A DNA stretch of 59,303 bases, the filler included, from Sphacelaria rigidula (lineage: Eukaryota), in the NCBI GenBank assembly GCA_964200075.2. It is 10 parts of 10 records of this genome, joined end to end, with 100 filler letters (N's around TTAATTAATTAA, not from the genome) between each part and the next. Parts side by side here need not be neighbours in the genome. Positions count along the whole stretch, not along the records: positions 35,645 to 41,484 come from CAXNAA020024054.1; positions 41,585 to 47,424 come from CAXNAA020024055.1; positions 47,525 to 53,364 come from CAXNAA020024056.1; 7 more parts are not named here. The stretch is one strand, 5' to 3'. The position numbers and the translations under genes are program-made. Below, one piece after another: positions 38,634-51,806 of the stretch. The notes beneath the pieces are model-generated. The model had not been told where the DNA came from. It was given only the letters and a program-made list of their open reading frames with translations, and did no database searches. Every line of letters starts with the position of its first letter. Positions within the stretch are counted from its first letter, which is position 1.

Positions 38634-39098
38634 TGCTGGAAACTATTCGCTGGTACAGCACTGTCTCACCAGACAGTCAAACAGACGCTTGCACTTTAGC
38701 GATGAAGCTACTTGCGACGAACAGTGAAGTGAGAAACAAGATGGTGTTGTTCGGCGCTTCTGGCCTAAAATATCAAACAACCTCTTTTGCAAGAAAGAGC
38801 TGTTGAAACAAGAAGTGGGTTGCTGGGGAGAGTGCGAAGCGGTGGCGAGCGAGAGCGGGCCTCAACACTTCCCACTCTCTGGAGAAAAACCAATGCTGTA
38901 CGCAAACTAAAACATCTCAAAACATACCCTAATTCACCATGAAAAAGGTACAGTGAAACGACACATATATGGTATACAGTTTCACTTGAACCGTAACAAA
39001 CAACATGCAAGTCGTGCCGGTTATACAATACAGTATCTTGCAGCGACGATTTCAATCACACACAATGAACGTAGACTGCACTGTCTAAATTTGCAACA
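38634..39098 (-). mobile_element. Single Copia LTR (465 bp) flanked by both PPT and PBS
   Basis: Minus strand: PPT GGGGAG (39104-39099), TGTTG...CAGCA, then PBS GGTTATGAGC (38633-38624). Confidence 0.88.
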
Positions 39099-39889
39099 CT
39101 CCCCGTGAGTGAGATGTCGCTATCAAAGGAAGATACTGTACTTTACACGCTATGTGTAGCAAGCGAATGCAGTCAGTTGAACTATTTAGTACACGTAGCA
39201 CACAAAGGCAATCGTCCAGGTACGCACTTGTACTGTCGTACCGTTCATGTGTGTATACTGTATCGAAAATGATTTGACCAACATCAGTTGAAGCAACTGG
39301 TCACTGTGACAAATCCCCGCTCACATGCGTATGTATTTGCATGTGCATCAGATTTTCGTGAGCTACAAAAGAAAAGAGCAAACAAGAACAATTGTACAAT
39401 AACATCAGACCGCGAATGTTTTCTTCATCATGTGACAAAGTGACAATCAACGATAACTACAGATGCCAAATCTGTCCCCCCCCCCACTTTCCCCCCCAAA
39501 TAAGAAAATACCCTTCCCAAAAGGAGAAAGAGCAAGGAAGAAAGGAAGGAAACATCGCAGACATGGAGGTCGCTGCACACGTTGTTTCTACAGCGTGTTT
39601 CCTGGACCTTGTATCATAACTACAGGAATCTGCGCACTGTGTTTGTAGCATGCTCCTCTGGACCTTGAAAATGCACGGAGGTCGTTAAGGTCACCGTGTT
39701 TTACGACATGCCCCTCTGGACCTTGAAAACACAATGCACTCGGGTGAAACAAATAATCAAATCAACCAATCACATTTTCAACTAAAAAATCAACTCAACT
39801 CCCTCAAACTCCAGTGACCGCATTTGGGTCTCAAAAATAAATCGTGGATCGATTTGGGCGAGAAATCGACCGGATCACATAGAATCTAT

Positions 39890-39980
39890 CAATCGAAGTT
39901 TAGCGTAGACGATGATGATCGAAGTTTAGCGTTGAAGATGATGATCGAAGTTGAGCGTTGACGATGACGATCGAAGTTGA
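39890..39980. repeat. ~27-bp tandem repeat in the Copia 3' UTR
   Basis: ATCGAAGTT(T/G)AGCGTTGA(C/A)GATGATG x3 plus a partial unit. Confidence 0.8.
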
Positions 39981-40003
39981 ATGTCTTGCCCTATTAATAT
40001 CCG

Positions 40004-41416
40004 TTATCTCCCAAATTCGGTGATAGCCTTCAGCAGTCTCTGATATACAATTTTATCACAACTTTTGGTGAGAAGATCGGCTAATTGTTCTGAAGATCGT
40101 ACATAGTTTATCCTTAGTTGTCCGGCTCGAATAAGATCTTTTTAATTAAACAACCGTATCGCCAGGTGTTTCGAGCTAGTACTGAAGTTGGCGTTCGAAG
40201 ACAGATGAAGTGCGCCTTGTGAATCCGAGTAGATAGTCGCGGGCTCAATAGATGACCACCAAAGCTCTCGTATAAGATTGAAGAGATACGTTCCGAATTC
40301 GCCGCATTTCGAAAGGGCAATTAACTCCGCTTCTGTCGTTGAAATAGCTGTAATACGTTGTAGACTCGAAGTGAAATGAACTAGCCCGTTAGACATGAAA
40401 AATAACGTCCCCGTCGTGGATCGTATTTTTTCCTGAAGTCCGGTATTACCATAGCTTGTGATTTTCCTGTTGTTGAGTCGACCGTCTCGAAGCCAGGCGG
40501 TTGTCTAAAGAATACTGTTTCCTGAAGCTTCCCATTCAAGAAAGCAGTTTATACGTCGAGGGCTAAGATGGGCCATTTTTTCACAGTAGAAATTACCAGC
40601 AACAATCGCTGACTTTCCAACCTGCAAGCTGGAGCGAAAGTACTCTCGCAGTCGAGTCCATGCGTATGAGACCAACATTGAACCACCAACCAGGCCTTAG
40701 AACGCCCGTCGGCCTTGACCTTAAAGACCCACCTTGTGCCGATGATGTTGTTGTTGCTGGGAATAGAGCTGGCCGGGATGATGTCGATTACTTCATTATT
40801 TTTAATGCTTTGAAGTTCGTCCAGCATGGCTGCTTTCCATTTCTTCGCGTATGGTGTGCTCGATGCCTGTCGATAGTTGGTAGGGACTGAAATTGACGCG
40901 GGTGGTGCAACCTGTTCAACTCCGACAGTGCCTTTGTACTGACATACCGTTTCCAGTGTTGCTGCAGCTTGTTGATCCGCAGAGGACAGGAAGGCTAGTC
41001 GCTTTAGCTCACTGACTCACCGTTTGTTAACGGGTTCAGAAGGATGATGATGGGGACCGCCGGCTGAACACAACCTCCTTCGGGCGATAGGCAGCCCTCT
41101 AGTCGGTGAATTGTCCTCCGTGATGCTGCCCTCTAGTTGAGCTATACCATTGTGATATTTATGTTGAAGTTGTTTGTGTCGCCATACTGTTCCTGATCAA
41201 CTGCAGATTCGTTGGGTTCCTGGATGTCCAATGTCGAAAAATCTTGATCACTGTAAGGAGCTCCTGTTACTTGTTCGATGAAAGTGACGTTTCCGGAGCT
41301 GGATGTTTTTTCCAAGTAGCGGTTGCAAATGCGGTACGACGGACTATCGGAATCATGCCCTACTAGCACTCCTTCCCAAGCCTTTTCTTCTAAATTACTA
41401 TGATGACGCTCCCTGT
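40004..41416 (-). mobile_element. Ty1/Copia integrase C-terminus, RT (core deleted) and RNase H
   Basis: ERHHSNLEEKAWEGVLVGH; IIGTRWVFKVKADGRSKAWLVVQ; LDV*TAFLNGKL..QPPGF jumps directly to RSTTG..STTEAELIAL; QLADLLTK; stop at 40004. Confidence 0.93.
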
Positions 41417-42334
41417 TGTAGCCCAAAATGGTGCCAAGCCATTGCGTTTATCATGTAGGATGCTGGATGATGATTATGTGATAGNNNNNNNNNNNNNNNN
41501 NNNNNNNNNNNNNNNNNNNNNNNNNNNNTTAATTAATTAANNNNNNNNNNNNNNNNNNNNNNNNNNNNNNNNNNNNNNNNNNNNGCAAGAGAGATATGCC
41601 ACTTCAGCCCCATATTTTGTATGAACCCCAAAATATGAAATCGGCTGTTAGTTGCTGAACCCTTGGACCGCGTTGCCCGTCGTTCATCTGGACCACGCGT
41701 GTACTTTCTCCAAGTGGATATTGATGCCGATTCAGCAGGTGACCTACTCTCGCAATCTAACGGGTAACTCCTGCTGCGGAGGGTTGGGAAGGAAGATACT
41801 TTCACTCTGTCTTACTCTTTCGTATCTTCCCTGCATTAGAGAAATGGGACTTCAACCTCATATTTCGTTTCAACCCCAAAAATTAGGATCGGCTGTTAGT
41901 CACTGTGATGAGCGGTGGCAAGCGAAACAAATTCGGAAAGTCTTTGAGAAACTTAGAAATTACGAATTCTGCACACATACTTCTGACGCTGACTACTGTA
42001 AACACAAATCCGACTATGTCACGGTCTTCAACTCTTCATGGTCAGCATGACATCATGAGCAATGCTACGGTAGGGGTTCAATTTTCAAGCGAAAACGTTT
42101 CTCGGGACTGCTTGTGGTGTTACACGGATCATTTTGAGAAAATCGGCATCATTTTTACCCAAGAAAAACTTGAAGTCATGCCGATTCACGAAAAGGCCCC
42201 TGCGTGCAAACACCATGTTTCTGGGAGTCCGGTCCCCAGAGATTTGGGTTGCACGGTAAGCCCCATGGGCTCCTACAAAGAAGAGACCCGGAAACAAAAA
42301 GTGCAACCCCTATCGTAGCATTGTCATCATGTAT

Positions 42335-42635
42335 AACAACGTTTTCGTGAGATTGAGAGTAGAATGCTGATTGAGAATGGCTTTGATCATTCGCTTTAAC
42401 TTGGCCAATTTTTCATTTCGTGTGTGTTTTTCTTTGTCTCTCATCACTAGCGTGTGTTTACAGCTACACATTGATATCCTACTGAGGGATATCAATGGCC
42501 TCAGTGGCGAGCTCCTAAATAAAGCATATCGGGCCTCACGGAGGTGCATTTCGGAACTGAAACGATTCACTCACTAATCGACTGCTTCTCACCCTCAATC
42601 GTATCCTCTACTCTCAATCTCACGAAAACATTGTT
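42335..42635. mobile_element. MITE family B (301 bp), TSD GTAT
   Basis: AACAACGTTTTCGTGAGATTGAGAGTAGA...TCTACTCTCAATCTCACGAAAACATTGTT; GTAT on both flanks. Confidence 0.92.
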
Positions 42636-42796
42636 GTATGCGACTTCAGGGTAGGTATTGCGACAGGCATTTGCTGATGACACAATTCTGGGTGATGAGC
42701 GTGAACCAGCTCTTACGGCATACAATGAACGGCCACGGTGACGCGCAAAGGGAAAAAAATACGGTAACTGGACTTGGAAGTTCAAATTGAATAATA

Positions 42797-43246
42797 AGCA
42801 CGGGATCTTACAAATTGGTGATGGATCTTATAATGGGGATGAGAAACCCGAAGAATTAAAATCTTCGTATCCACACCAAAGCTTCGAAATATTGTTCAAT
42901 TTCTTCACCTACTGATAGCTGTTGACAGCTGCTGCACGCCATGGAAATTTGGATTTCGATCACCGAAAAATTGGGGTTCTATTAACAGGTGAAAAACCAA
43001 TTCGGGGGAATTCCGGGTGTCCGAACGGACGCCAAAATGGTTCCGAATTGGGTTTTTCACTTAGGACTCCAACATTTCGGTGATCGAAATCCAATTCTCC
43101 ATGACGTGTAGCAGCTGTCAACAGCTATCACTTGGTGAAGAAACGGAACAATATTTCGAAGATTTGGTGTGGATACAAAGATTTTAATTCTCCGCGTTTA
43201 TCATCCCCAATAAAAGATCCATTCCCAATTTGTAAGATCCCGTGTT
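42797..43246. mobile_element. Foldback MITE family A, TSD AATA
   Basis: Same TIRs as 19428-19882; AATA at 42793-42796 and 43247-43250. Confidence 0.9.
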
Positions 43247-45556
43247 AATACCCTCCTCGAAAAATACAGGAAGAGAGGCTCAGAAGCCTTGAATGGGGCA
43301 TCAAAACCTCATCTTCACCCCGATAGCCCATACGTCAACACGAGCTCAGAGAGGCCACCATTTGATCCCTTGGCCAAAGAGATGTTTTCCCACCACCAAC
43401 AAAAAGAGGTGAAAACATTACGCATGATTCGTCAGCACGAATACTAGCGGGGACTGCTGTCATCACTCCATAATCTTCAAACGAGAATCAGGCAGCCGTC
43501 GCATGAAATCTCATGAAACAGAATATCTGGCAATTTGAGGGTGGCGGTGAGTAGTAGTGCGGGGTAGTGCACCAAAAAGCGTCGTGTATATTGCCGTACA
43601 TGTCTTCCACGTTACTCGACGATCTTCACCTCAGCAAACATGCAAAATGACTCGATATGTAAGCGAAACGTCTGATGGTGGTTTTGTACTACATACAGGA
43701 ACCGGGCATGGCAACGGAGTCGTTGAACGACAGAGGAGAGGGAGGGCGTACTCATTTGTTGCTTTCCACAAGTCAATTGACCATTGACCACGCGTCCCTT
43801 TCGAGACGAGCACCGACAGAAGACTTCCATATCTTCCATACATTACACCGACAGAAGGGGGGGGGGGGGGGGGGGGGGGAGAAAATGCCCCGCCGCCCCC
43901 CCGGCCGCCCCCCCCCCCNNNNNNNNNNCGCCTCTAGGAAAGCAGGGCCAGCAGCCGACAGGCGATGCCGCGGGGGGGGGGGCGGGGGGGGGGGGGGGGG
44001 AGTAAATTCACGGCCCGGACGTCCACACGGAGCTCACCCCCACAAACATGTATCTAATAGTCTACCCTCGACCTAACGGGGGCAGTGGGGGATAGGAACG
44101 CCTTTACATTGCAATCAGGGGAAGATTCGTCGTTATCCCTTGGGATGCCTTGTTCTGTGGAACACATGGCGAAGTCGCCAATACCACCCCTCTTCTATCG
44201 ATTACCGACTCAATGGACTACGGAATATAACTTCACCACAGCAGGCACCCACTGCCTACCCCCGGTGCTCGCGCGCAAAAGCAAATGGTCATCCTGCACT
44301 TTAACCAAAATAAAAAATGAGAAATGGGGGAAAAAAAACTCAGGATAGCACGTTACTGCGCTGCGGTACTGCACACACATCCCATCGTGGCCCACGCGTA
44401 CGGATCAATGTACGGACGTTCACCAGAGAGAAGGACACAACAAAGACAACTGGAGACAACAGGCCGTCTCGAGTCTCCGTCGCATGTCCTCGAACGCAAG
44501 CCTACACACACCCACACGCACACATATGGATCAAAACGACCAGGCAGAGCAAACACACACACGCACACACAAACACGCTTTTACTCCGCCATAATGACAT
44601 GACCACGAAAACTCAACAAGAGAGGGAAATGCTATGTATGTACGTATGCATGCATGTACTGACTGCGCTTGGGAATATATTTCGGCCTTGAATGAAAATA
44701 TGAAAAGAGAGGGCAAGCATATCGTCCCACAAAATTTACAAGGGACTACTCCCCCTACATGTATTTTCCCCAGTATATAGTTATAAAGGAGAGAAAGAGA
44801 GAAAGAGAGAGAGGGAGAGAGATAACGTAGTGCCCCATCTACGAAAAAAAAAATGGCGCCATTATTTCTATGATGCCGAACTTTCCAGCTTCCTTGCATT
44901 TTCCAACCGACACACCATGATAACCTTGTATACAAAGTGATGCGTCATTTCCCAACACGGACACAAAACAGAAGAAAAAGAAAATGGTACTGACAAGGGG
45001 GGGGAAACGAATCATGCAAGGAACAAGAGTGTCCCAAGCAACAGCAGAATAACGAGAAAAAACTCACAACCTAACCTATATTATAATAGAGCGCAAGCGC
45101 TACTCTCCACAAGAGCTCTGGAGAGTCATCCCTCCACACCTCGTCGACCCCACACAAGTGCGACCGTCCCGAAACCACACGGTGTCGTCGGTCACGGATG
45201 ATAACACCCCGTCTGTGGATAATGACCTGTTCTTCATCCACAGTTTCCTTCCTCGTCGGACACATCTCATCCAAGATCTTTTCCAATTAGACGTCATATC
45301 TCGGTCGGCACAGGTGGGTTTTCGAAAGAGCAAAACAGATCAAGCTTTCTACATCAAACCGAGTCTTTTCCTGAAGAATTCAGCGCACCAAGCAAGCAAG
45401 CAAGCAAGCAAGCAAGCCAACCACCCCTTTAATCTACCCAGCATTCCGGCATCTTTTTTGCATTATCTCTCTTTCAACATTCCATGATGAGCTACTATAA
45501 TAGGTAGATTCTACGGTCATGATCCAATATGTACCGTGACCTTTTGTTCACGTACG

Positions 45557-46669
45557 TCATCGGCTGGTGAGCACGTCGAAGATGAGCTCCCTGCTCAACA
45601 CCTTGAACCCCTGTGTCAATGCAACAGGCAGGCGAGCCGACCAGACAGACGATGCAGGCATGCATGCAGACAGACATACACGCGGAAGAAACATCGCGAA
45701 ATTGTTTCCAACGATCTGTCAGGCAAGACCCATATAATTTGTAATGGGAGTACAGTACACATGCACACTAATAACGAGCGATCGGAGGAGGAAGGATAGA
45801 AGAAGGGTCTGAAAAATTGTTCAAGGGTCGGTCCGTGCGTCAGGCTAGCTAAACCTACCCTTTATTCATATACTTTATTTAGGTAGAGCACCGCGGTGAA
45901 AACGTCAACGGCACGCGAATAATAGAAAAACTGGAATATTTTCTGGGAAATTCCAGGGCTCTAGACGTTACACGTTCACGTTTCACGTTTCACGTTTCAC
46001 GTCAAAGGTCAAGCCAGGCTAGTACTATGGTGGGGGATGGCGACCACGTGGAGAGCTCTGTTCAACAGTCAACAGTCAAGTCAAACCGGGGCTCTCCAAC
46101 TAGTCCCCCACCGTATTATCAGCCTAGTTTGACTTTTGACGTGAAACGTGGATCTTGAACGTGTAACGTGCAGAGCCCTGGAAACTTTCGACGGTGCCGT
46201 GAGGCTAGCTTAGCTAGCCTCAAGGCTCTACATGTATATTCACTGCAGCATCCGCGATAAGGACTTCCCACGCGGATGAAAGACCAGCCTCTGAGGCGTT
46301 GCCACGAGTATTGATATGTATTTTAGTATTAGTATCAACATTAATGGTATTATTATAAAGTATTAGTATTAGTATCAATATTCAATCACATATATTAGTA
46401 TCAAGTATAACTACTACATCCAAGATAGGACAAAAGTCATCAATTCCTTCAATCCAAACCCAAGGTGAAAGTCAACTCCAAAAGCTGAATCACAAATCGA
46501 AGCCGTCAGAATTGTCATACACAAATATTGTGCACACCCCGCGAGACGAAGTTGTTGACAAATCTGCTTGCGAAAAAACTCGGAAACATGTCCGGAGAGT
46601 AGTGTTTCACACTGTAGCACTACCCTTTCTCAAATCTCTTCCAGGTCCACACTGCTTGGCATGGTCTCT

Positions 46670-46703
<34 letters not shown>

Positions 46704-47256
46704 GTTGGAGAACGAGGAACCAACAGAACATCAACAAACGTGTTGGGAGCAAGAATAAACACTGATTTGAGGTCGATCACACTACTGTAGCACATCACAA
46801 GTGGTCTATGCGCGACGGCAGAGGGAGCAGGTTCACACACGAAAAATAAAATCAAGTTACAAAAAATGCAGAAAAAAAGAGCAATAAGGAGACGAAAAAA
46901 TAAAGAGAAAGAAGGAAAAAAAATAAAGGAAGAAAAAAAAGGAAACAAAGAAAAGAAAGAAGAAAAGAGAACAAAGAAATGCTCGCAAAGTATAATTGGA
47001 CCAGCAGACGATACACCACAACAAGCACGTCCCTCTCTCTCAAGACTTGACGTGTATACACATGTTATATTTGTACTCTCAAAAGACGAACCCACAAACA
47101 ACACACCTCTGATTTTGACACCGTGTCGAAATGGCGCACGACGAACCGCATGCAAATGTCGCGCAGCCGTGATGCGCGCAACTCGTCGCTGGTTTGTAGC
47201 AGCGGGGCTGCGTTATCCACAGTGATGCCTTTTTGCACCGCCAGTTCACACAACCC
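45557..47256 (-). CDS. BTB/BACK-domain protein (RCBTB/LZTR1-like C-terminus), last two exons 47256-47107 and 45610-45557
   Basis: GLCELAVQKGITVDNAAPLLQTSDELRASRLRDICMRFVVRHFDTVSKSE/GFKVLSRELIFDVLTSR*; phase-0 GT-AG intron. Confidence 0.88.
45954..46180. mobile_element. MITE with long imperfect TIRs (hAT-like CAGGG termini), intronic
   Basis: CAGGGCTCT...AGAGCCCTG with ~80-bp inverted arms and (CACGTTT)n; no clean 8-bp TSD. Confidence 0.65.
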
Positions 47257-47574
47257 CTGCGACACACGAAAAAACACACGAAAAAACAAAGCAGAAACGG
47301 AGCATGTAGCACATGCAAAGGAAACTCATCTCTCCCACTCTCCGTCCTTCCTTTTTTTTTTTTTTTTTTTTTTTTCTTTTTTTGCTAAATATTTTTTTTG
47401 TTATTTTTCGTATTACTGCTCGTTNNNNNNNNNNNNNNNNNNNNNNNNNNNNNNNNNNNNNNNNNNNNTTAATTAATTAANNNNNNNNNNNNNNNNNNNN
47501 NNNNNNNNNNNNNNNNNNNNNNNNTTAATCCTCCGGGTTCTCATCCTCAATCAAAAGCACCATCCTCAACATAG

Positions 47575-48390
47575 ATGATTGGCTGTTTGCTGCTGCTGCT
47601 GCTGCTGATGCCATTTTTACTCATGAGAGAAACGGTCCGCGCTTCGATCGTGCTACAACCCCCACGCACCTTGCACGTGATAGCCAACGTGCTGGAAAGC
47701 GCTGGTCCATACTGCCCGCTGATTAGCCAATGATCTTTCACCAGGCTAAGCGCTAAAAAGATTCAGCTGTGCGCATCTCTCTGTGCGAGCTGTACAAATC
47801 GGGTGTGTCTCGCACGCGTGGCTACTGCTGATGATGGCTTTCAAAGAATATAGCCAGCGTCCAATACAGGGGAAAACAAGTGAAATGTACATGCTCTGAA
47901 ATGCTACAACACTATACTGATACAATATAAGGGTAACAACACGCAAACAGATCATAATCGATTTCAAGTGGGGAGGAGAAAATAACGCGCCAGGTGATGG
48001 GTATTGTCGCACGTCGAAACGCGGACCACCTTCCGCACGAGAAGCAGTAGCAGTAGCAGTAGCAGTAGCAGCATCAGCAGCAGCAACATCTTCATCGCCA
48101 GTAAATGTGTACGGTTGGGGGTGGTTAAGAATCAGCTGGTACCGATGCTGCTGCTGCTGCTGCTGATGCCCTACATCGTAGACGGTCCCCGTTTCGACCG
48201 TGCGACAACACCCACGCACCTTGCGAGTGATGGCCACTCGGCTGGACAGCGCTAGTACGTACTACCCGCCGATGGGTCCATGCTTGCTTACTCGGCGAGG
48301 TTCTGGGAAAAATAGCTGTGCACATCTCTCTGGGGGAGCTGTGCAGGTGGAGTGTATCTGTCTCCCACGCGTGGCTACTGCTGGTGATGG
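47575..48390. repeat. Local duplication of a ~260-bp unit (47575-47835 and 48130-48390) with (CTG)n and (AGCAGT)n tracts
   Basis: Both units read (GCT)n-GATGCC...ACGGTCC..GTG..CCCACGCACCTTGC...AGCTGTGC.CATCTCTCTG..ACGCGTGGCTACTGCTG. Confidence 0.75.
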
Positions 48391-49384
48391 TGTGAACCGA
48401 GCGTGGCTACTGCTAATAATGACGGAATCCCAACTGTCTGTCCCATGAAGAGCTCAACAGCCCACTCCTTCCAACCATGTCATGTTCCTCTTCGCATTCT
48501 TACGCGAAAATCCCTCCGCTGTTACGGAAATTAATCCCCCAAACAAGCCCCAAACATTAATTTTCGTCAGACCACGTCTTAGGGCGTGTCTTAGCACGTT
48601 TTTCTTCGATCGAAAAAGTGCGATCACCGTTTTTTCTGCCTATCTGATAGGTCCACCGCATTTATGTTCCTCGAAGGCTTCAACTCGAAATTATAATTAG
48701 CGGCGCGCGGAGAAGAATGCTACGAGTGAAAAACAGTATAGAATACAGGCCGCCACTGTTGTACAGTCTGTACTGTCAGCTCTGTACTGTAAATCGATTA
48801 TAAGTAAAGATGTACCACTTCACGAATTCCGCTTCGCCTTTTCGATGCAAAGCGTTCAATTCGCTTGGACCCAAACATAGGAAAGCGAAGTGAATCAACT
48901 CCGCCGCACAAACTCGTCCGAGTCGGGAAAAAAATGATAAGGCACCGCCTGAGAGTGATTTCGGGGGAGGTGAGAATGTGGCATCAACTCACAACCAATC
49001 GGGATCATGAAAAAAAAAAAGATCCCCAACCGTCATAATCACTATCATCACTGTCACGTCGCGTTCTCACATTTTTGGACTCGATAAAACGGGCCCTAAC
49101 CCCAACCCGAACCCTAACCCTAACCCTAATCCTAATCATGGGGTTGTTCAAATTCCGATGCGGTCCTCTAAGCACCCGGTCTTCTCACGCATTGCAGGAA
49201 TCACGAGACATGGGATTCAATCAAAGAGAAAAAAATGGCCCAGACTTTTGAGCGGATGCGCACCGTCCTCTTGATCACGAGGCTATTAATACGATATGCA
49301 GATCACGGCCCAACTCGTGTGTGTCGATGAAATATTGCCTTTCGAGCTCAAGTCCGCGTCTAGGCCGGTCAAGCTCGTACTTAA

Positions 49385-49482
49385 CCGTTAGACCGCGAGA
49401 TTAGTCTTGCTGGATCATGCATACTTCATTTCACTTGAAATTGATGCCGTTTCAACAGAAGACTAACCTCGCGGTCTAGGGG
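49385..49482. mobile_element. piggyBac-like MITE (98 bp)
   Basis: TTAA/TCAA flanks; close copy of 2118-2215. Confidence 0.8.
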
Positions 49483-50827
49483 TCAAACCGAAGATATATC
49501 GGGGCAGAACTTACTTGGTAACTACCAATCAGGTCGCTCCATTCTGCGCTGCCCCCTTTCTTTCCTTTCTGGGGCCGTTGCTTCTGTCTTTTTTCTGTTC
49601 CTTTCTTCTTTTTTATTGTATATTTTTATTATTCTGTTCTATTTTTGCTGCTCCTGACCACCGGCTGGATTGTTGAAATCAGCTCTGGCTGGATTGTTGC
49701 AATCATCAATTCTTCTCACCAGTAGACCCTGCGATTTTGTCGAAAACTTATGGTTGATGGATACGAATAATTTTCTGTGGGCTGTTACACATTTCACCTA
49801 ATCTATGATTTCCCACCAACCGGCTCTAATTCAGGTTACCACGTATGGTCTGCAGCCCGTGTTTGCAGCCCGTGTTGGTGCTTCCGCTGCTGTAACTCTG
49901 GCAGTGAACTCCACTACTTGATGAAGCAACCGCAGCGCATATATCAGGTGTGGTGAGTTATTGAGCGTTCCTCTAGTTCAAGATTTGTGAGGCTCTAGCG
50001 ACAAGTGCATCCAGACAACACGATCATACTATTGTCCGCTCGTGTCTTGGCTGCGTCGCGTTCCAAGTTCGTTCTGACCAACCTCTGCACTGCACAGTGC
50101 CGTGCAGAGTGCAGAACAGGCAGGCGTAGCAAAATAAATGGACCGAACAGGGTTCGGGCATGGTGGGATGAGTAGAACTGGCCAACTGTCCTCAACATCA
50201 GCCACCACCTGCACTCTTTTGCCTGAAGCATCGAAGAAATGGCATTCAGCACATCAGCACAGCATCAGTAGGTGAAACGTGGGTTCATCCTAAATTCATA
50301 GACGTCAACTTGAAGAACTGTCAGCGCTCGCCCCACGAGCTCCGTATGTACGCAGCGACACCTGGAACGCACTCGCACAGCCCGTAGCCATCGTTCAAGC
50401 CATCGCACGGCGCAAATGGTTCCGAGATAGACGATAAAGGAGCTTCGGCTGCCGTTGTGTTGCACACAAAAGTTGCATATCACCGTCATGTGCTCGCCTA
50501 TACTAGAACTTCGAACCGTCAAGTCTTGAAACATGTGGACATGATGACGGTACCAGCACATTATACTCCGTAATATTCAACCAATTTGTTACGGTCACGG
50601 CTTAGATTGGGAGCTGGGTGCAGGCGGCGGACTCGCTCATTCTTACCCATGCTTTTGATTACGGCAGAGTTGCAGACATTTGAGGAGTCAGTCGCACATA
50701 GATGGAACCCACACCTCTTTCTTTTCAACTACTCACATAGCGTACATTATAGGAGGCTTGAAGATTTGAGTACGGTATTCACACGAGGTTATGAATATAA
50801 AGCACACGTTGCTCACCCGATTATACA

Positions 50828-51050
50828 CGGTGTAATGCGTGAGAGGACCGCGTGCTTAGAGGACCGCATCGGAATTTGAACACCCCTATGGTTAGGGTTA
50901 GGGTTAGGGTCAGAGTTAGCGTTAGGGTTATGGTTAGGGGCGTGGTACCTGCAGGGACTGGCCCGATTATTTTCGAAAAACGTCGATCCTGAGGTGTTTT
51001 GAACTACGGCGCGGTCATCTAAACACGCGGCCCTCTCACGCACTACACTG
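50828..51050. mobile_element. Tc1/mariner-like MITE carrying internal (TTAGGG)n; copies at 51969-52198 and ~49075-49198
   Basis: TIR CGGTGTAATGCGTGAGAGGACCGCGTGCTTAGA / TCTAAACACGCGGCCCTCTCACGCACTACACTG; telomere-type repeats at 50890-50939. Confidence 0.8.
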
Positions 51051-51676
51051 TGACGTCGCTGCCATAACATCTTCCCGCTCACCTCGATATCTCGAATGTC
51101 AAGCAGCAACAAATTCGGTAGGTTCCAGCAAACAACAGCACAAGATGGTGCTTGACTCTGCTCCCTGCAAGTGGGGTTGGCTGTTCAGCCCAACTCAGCA
51201 CCCGCTGCTTGTCCCCAACGGAATCGACTGGCCGTGCGTATTTATTTCTTTGGAACGCGATGGTTTCTCCACTCTGCTATTCGGCTGCACCTTGAGACAT
51301 GTGCAATGCACCCGCTGTAAAGTGTGAGGCTACCGCTCCGTGGATGTTTCCTTCAACGAGGCGAAATATCCTAGAGTCGATGCAACGAGCAACGGCTAGG
51401 TGCGTGCCGGTCTCTGGATCGCCTCCCGTCTGAACCGCTCTGTTTGCGCGTAAGGCAATAACTAACTCTTGCCACCCTCCCCCCCTCCCCCCCACACGCG
51501 ATCACTTTCCACTTTCACTATCTCCGCCTGCTGATAACAAGCAAGAGAGCACGCCCGACACAACGCTACTTCAGCAGCGGTAGCAGCATATAAGTACGTA
51601 GGACCGCTTGCGCAACTACCTCGCATACAGCGCCACCAAGCACAGATATTTGAGGACGTGCACCACCACTAGCATC

Positions 51677-51806
51677 ATGGGTTCAATGACAGCTCCTAGT
51701 GCCGTATTGATGGTCAAGATTGTCGTGATGTTTGCAGGGGTGCTAGCCTTCGATACTACCGCCATGCAGACAGAGTCCAAGAACAACGACGAAGTCCACC
51801 ACCACG
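51677..51806 (+). CDS. Possible first coding exon of a secreted protein
   Basis: ATCATGG start, MGSMTAPSAVLMVKIVVMFAGVLAFD signal-like stretch, G|GTGAG donor; no downstream exon found. Confidence 0.35.

Noticed and set aside
35645..41484. Endogenous giant-virus (phaeovirus) DNA or a DIRS-type element
   Set aside because: All domains are Copia; no tyrosine recombinase or NCLDV genes were recognised anywhere in the window
46607..47225. Phe-rich and Lys-rich ORFs
   Set aside because: Translations of the low-complexity pyrimidine tract in the BTB gene intron
49094..50939. True telomeres or a chromosome fusion site
   Set aside because: Tracts are short, degenerate and internal to a TIR element
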